Positions 49,065-64,000 of a stretch of DNA of 64,000 bases are shown here, piece by piece. The notes beneath the pieces were generated by a model that was given only the letters and a program-made list of their open reading frames with translations, did not search any database and was not told where the DNA came from. Both the position numbers and the translations under genes were made by a program. Every line of letters starts with the position of its first letter. Position 1 is the stretch's first letter. The DNA comes from Paraspadella gotoi (taxonomy: Eukaryota; Animalia; Chaetognatha): assembly GCA_051294375.1 (NCBI GenBank), contig CM119268.1, forward strand, positions 6,205,525 to 6,269,524, read 5' to 3'.

Positions 49065-51134
49065 GTTGATGGCATCGAATCAGAATAGCGTTGAAACTGT
49101 AACGAAAAGTCGCATTTTGGGTGGACAGCTGTAGTATCTATCTTTTCTACTTAAGATATGACACGAAGTTTAATGTTTACGGTATTTCTCTTTCTCTTTC
49201 TCATATGTACATCTTCGAAAATTGAAACTTTTGACAAAGCCGTTTTAACTGTACTATATTTTAAAATTAAAATGGCTAACTGTAACTTACAGTGTAAGTA
49301 TAACTTTTTTCGAACTTTTTCGATAGACTAAAAAAAAAATCTGGTACAAGCGATTTATTTTCAAAATAAGGGAAAATTATCACCAGACACTTGAAATTTG
49401 ACATTTGCCGTTCGACATTTGTCAATGAGGCCAACGCGAACAATAAAAACTATGAGCGAAGTAAACAAATAGAAACGACCGACAAACATTTAAACAATGT
49501 CAGAAAATCCCGAACAATGTACAAAAAAAGAAAAAGCCAATTAAAAATTTTTATTACCATGTTTAACGAAAATCTGAAACATAATGAATTAAATAAGAAG
49601 GCGAGGTAAGCCTCAGCGAAGAGAAACGATTTATCACTAATATAGTTAAAAACTTAAAATTAATTGCCAATGTTAATACCAAAGCGCCATAAACGCAATT
49701 TTGATTACCGAATACAAATGGCCGAAATTACGTAAGTAAAGGGATTGATTTAATTGCACTTTCAGTTTTTTAAATACCTTTTTTTTTCTCTGCGAGTGCC
49801 TAATAAAAGATACAAATAATTTTTTTTTAAATTAAAACCAAAGAGTTTAAAAATTAATTCAATCTACAAATCAAAAGTGACGTGAATGGGAGAGTGGCCG
49901 TGAAGGGGAGGAGGCGATCAAATCTTAGCAAGACCCGAACAAGCGCTGAGCAATTATGGATTAGCAAAACCACAGAATTAGTGGAAGGAGGAGATTTGTG
50001 GGGTAAATACGCATTACGTTTAATCCCAACATTTTAACTGGTTTACAATGTTATGTTATTATCTTGTAGGAGTGATGGAGGCCTTAAACCACCAAAGCCT
50101 GTGCAAAGTCAGGGGCAAGATAGCTTATTTATTAAATGAATGGATAATTTTTATGTTGGTTGTACGCCAATTTTATAAAACGTTTTCAGCGCATTTTTTT
50201 TAGAAATATACCCTTAACTACAAAACCAAAATCTGGCGAAACAAAAGATAACAAAAAATAATGATAAAACGCGGACGTCTTAAACAGCAATCATATGGCA
50301 ACATTAGTCAATTCAGTGAGATTTTCAGCATGCTGCTAATCTTCACATCTAAAGACTTTAGTTGAGCAGTTTCTGCAGTAGGCAACCTTAGTGAGCTTTT
50401 TCCTTGATAACGATAAACTTAAATTAAGAAATAATAGATATTATGATAACAAATTTTTTTCCATAGTCCTTAATTAGTTTACGAGATCACAGAAAATGGC
50501 AAGACATTCGAGTCAATTTATATATCTAATAACAACCCCCCTCCCCCAAGTTCAGATATCGATTTAGTTTTGACAAAGATAGAAGCTATAGATATTTATT
50601 ATTCATTTTCGAGGCATTAAACGTAATGCGCAACAAATTTGACGCTAAGAAATCGGGTACGTACAGATGAAAAAAATGTGAAAAAGTTTTCAGAGGCTCA
50701 AGAATTCCCTGGGGATGATGACGATAATGATGAAGATAAAGGACCCGATGATGCCATGAGTTAATATTTTTCATAACTCAAAAAAAAAAAAGAGGGGTCA
50801 AATCAAGGGGCGGGAGAATGGGGGGGGGGGCGGCTTTGGGATTCAAAAAAAAAAAAGAGGAAAATTAGTTTATCACAAATGGAAGAACAACAATAATAAT
50901 CCACCAAAATTCGAATAGAACCGTTCCCTCGGTGACGATGACGGGAAACATTTCTGGTCTGAACAACAAGCGGAAAAAGGGGATGGGGTTTCTCTAAAAA
51001 GGGGAAGTTGCCAGCGGGGAACATCTGGCATGGGGGGCGTTGGGAAAAGCTGGGAGGAGCTGGTATCCACTGGTAAGAACAGGGGGTCGAACGATCTGGG
51101 TGTTGGCGTGAAACTAGAGTGGAGAAGACGGGCG

Positions 51135-64000
<12,866 letters not shown>

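Overview
This is AT-rich, intron-rich eukaryotic DNA, most likely from an invertebrate animal. Most entries in the six-frame ORF track are spurious or single exons, and there are two N gaps (1131-1155, 30623-30722). Manual splicing supports seven multi-exon genes: CFAP77-like (-), TPP1 sedolisin protease (+), a CD225/dispanin membrane protein (+), a short-chain-collagen-C4-like NC1-domain gene (+, partial), a 13-exon prostanoid-receptor-like GPCR (+), a CCDC89-like coiled-coil gene (-) and the 3' part of a MAP4K3/5 kinase with a CNH domain (-). There is also an intronless 763-aa XK-like multipass membrane ORF followed by a decayed tandem copy. Mobile DNA includes a 7.2-kb non-autonomous hAT-type element with TIRs and an 8-bp TSD, a decayed CRE-clade non-LTR retrotransposon with a doubled poly(A) 3' end, and four Penelope-type minimal hammerhead ribozyme relics. 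Smaller repeats include a structured ~480-bp terminally redundant repeat, MITEs, tRNA-derived pieces and minisatellites. Family assignments rest on manual translation and remembered motifs; no database search was run.
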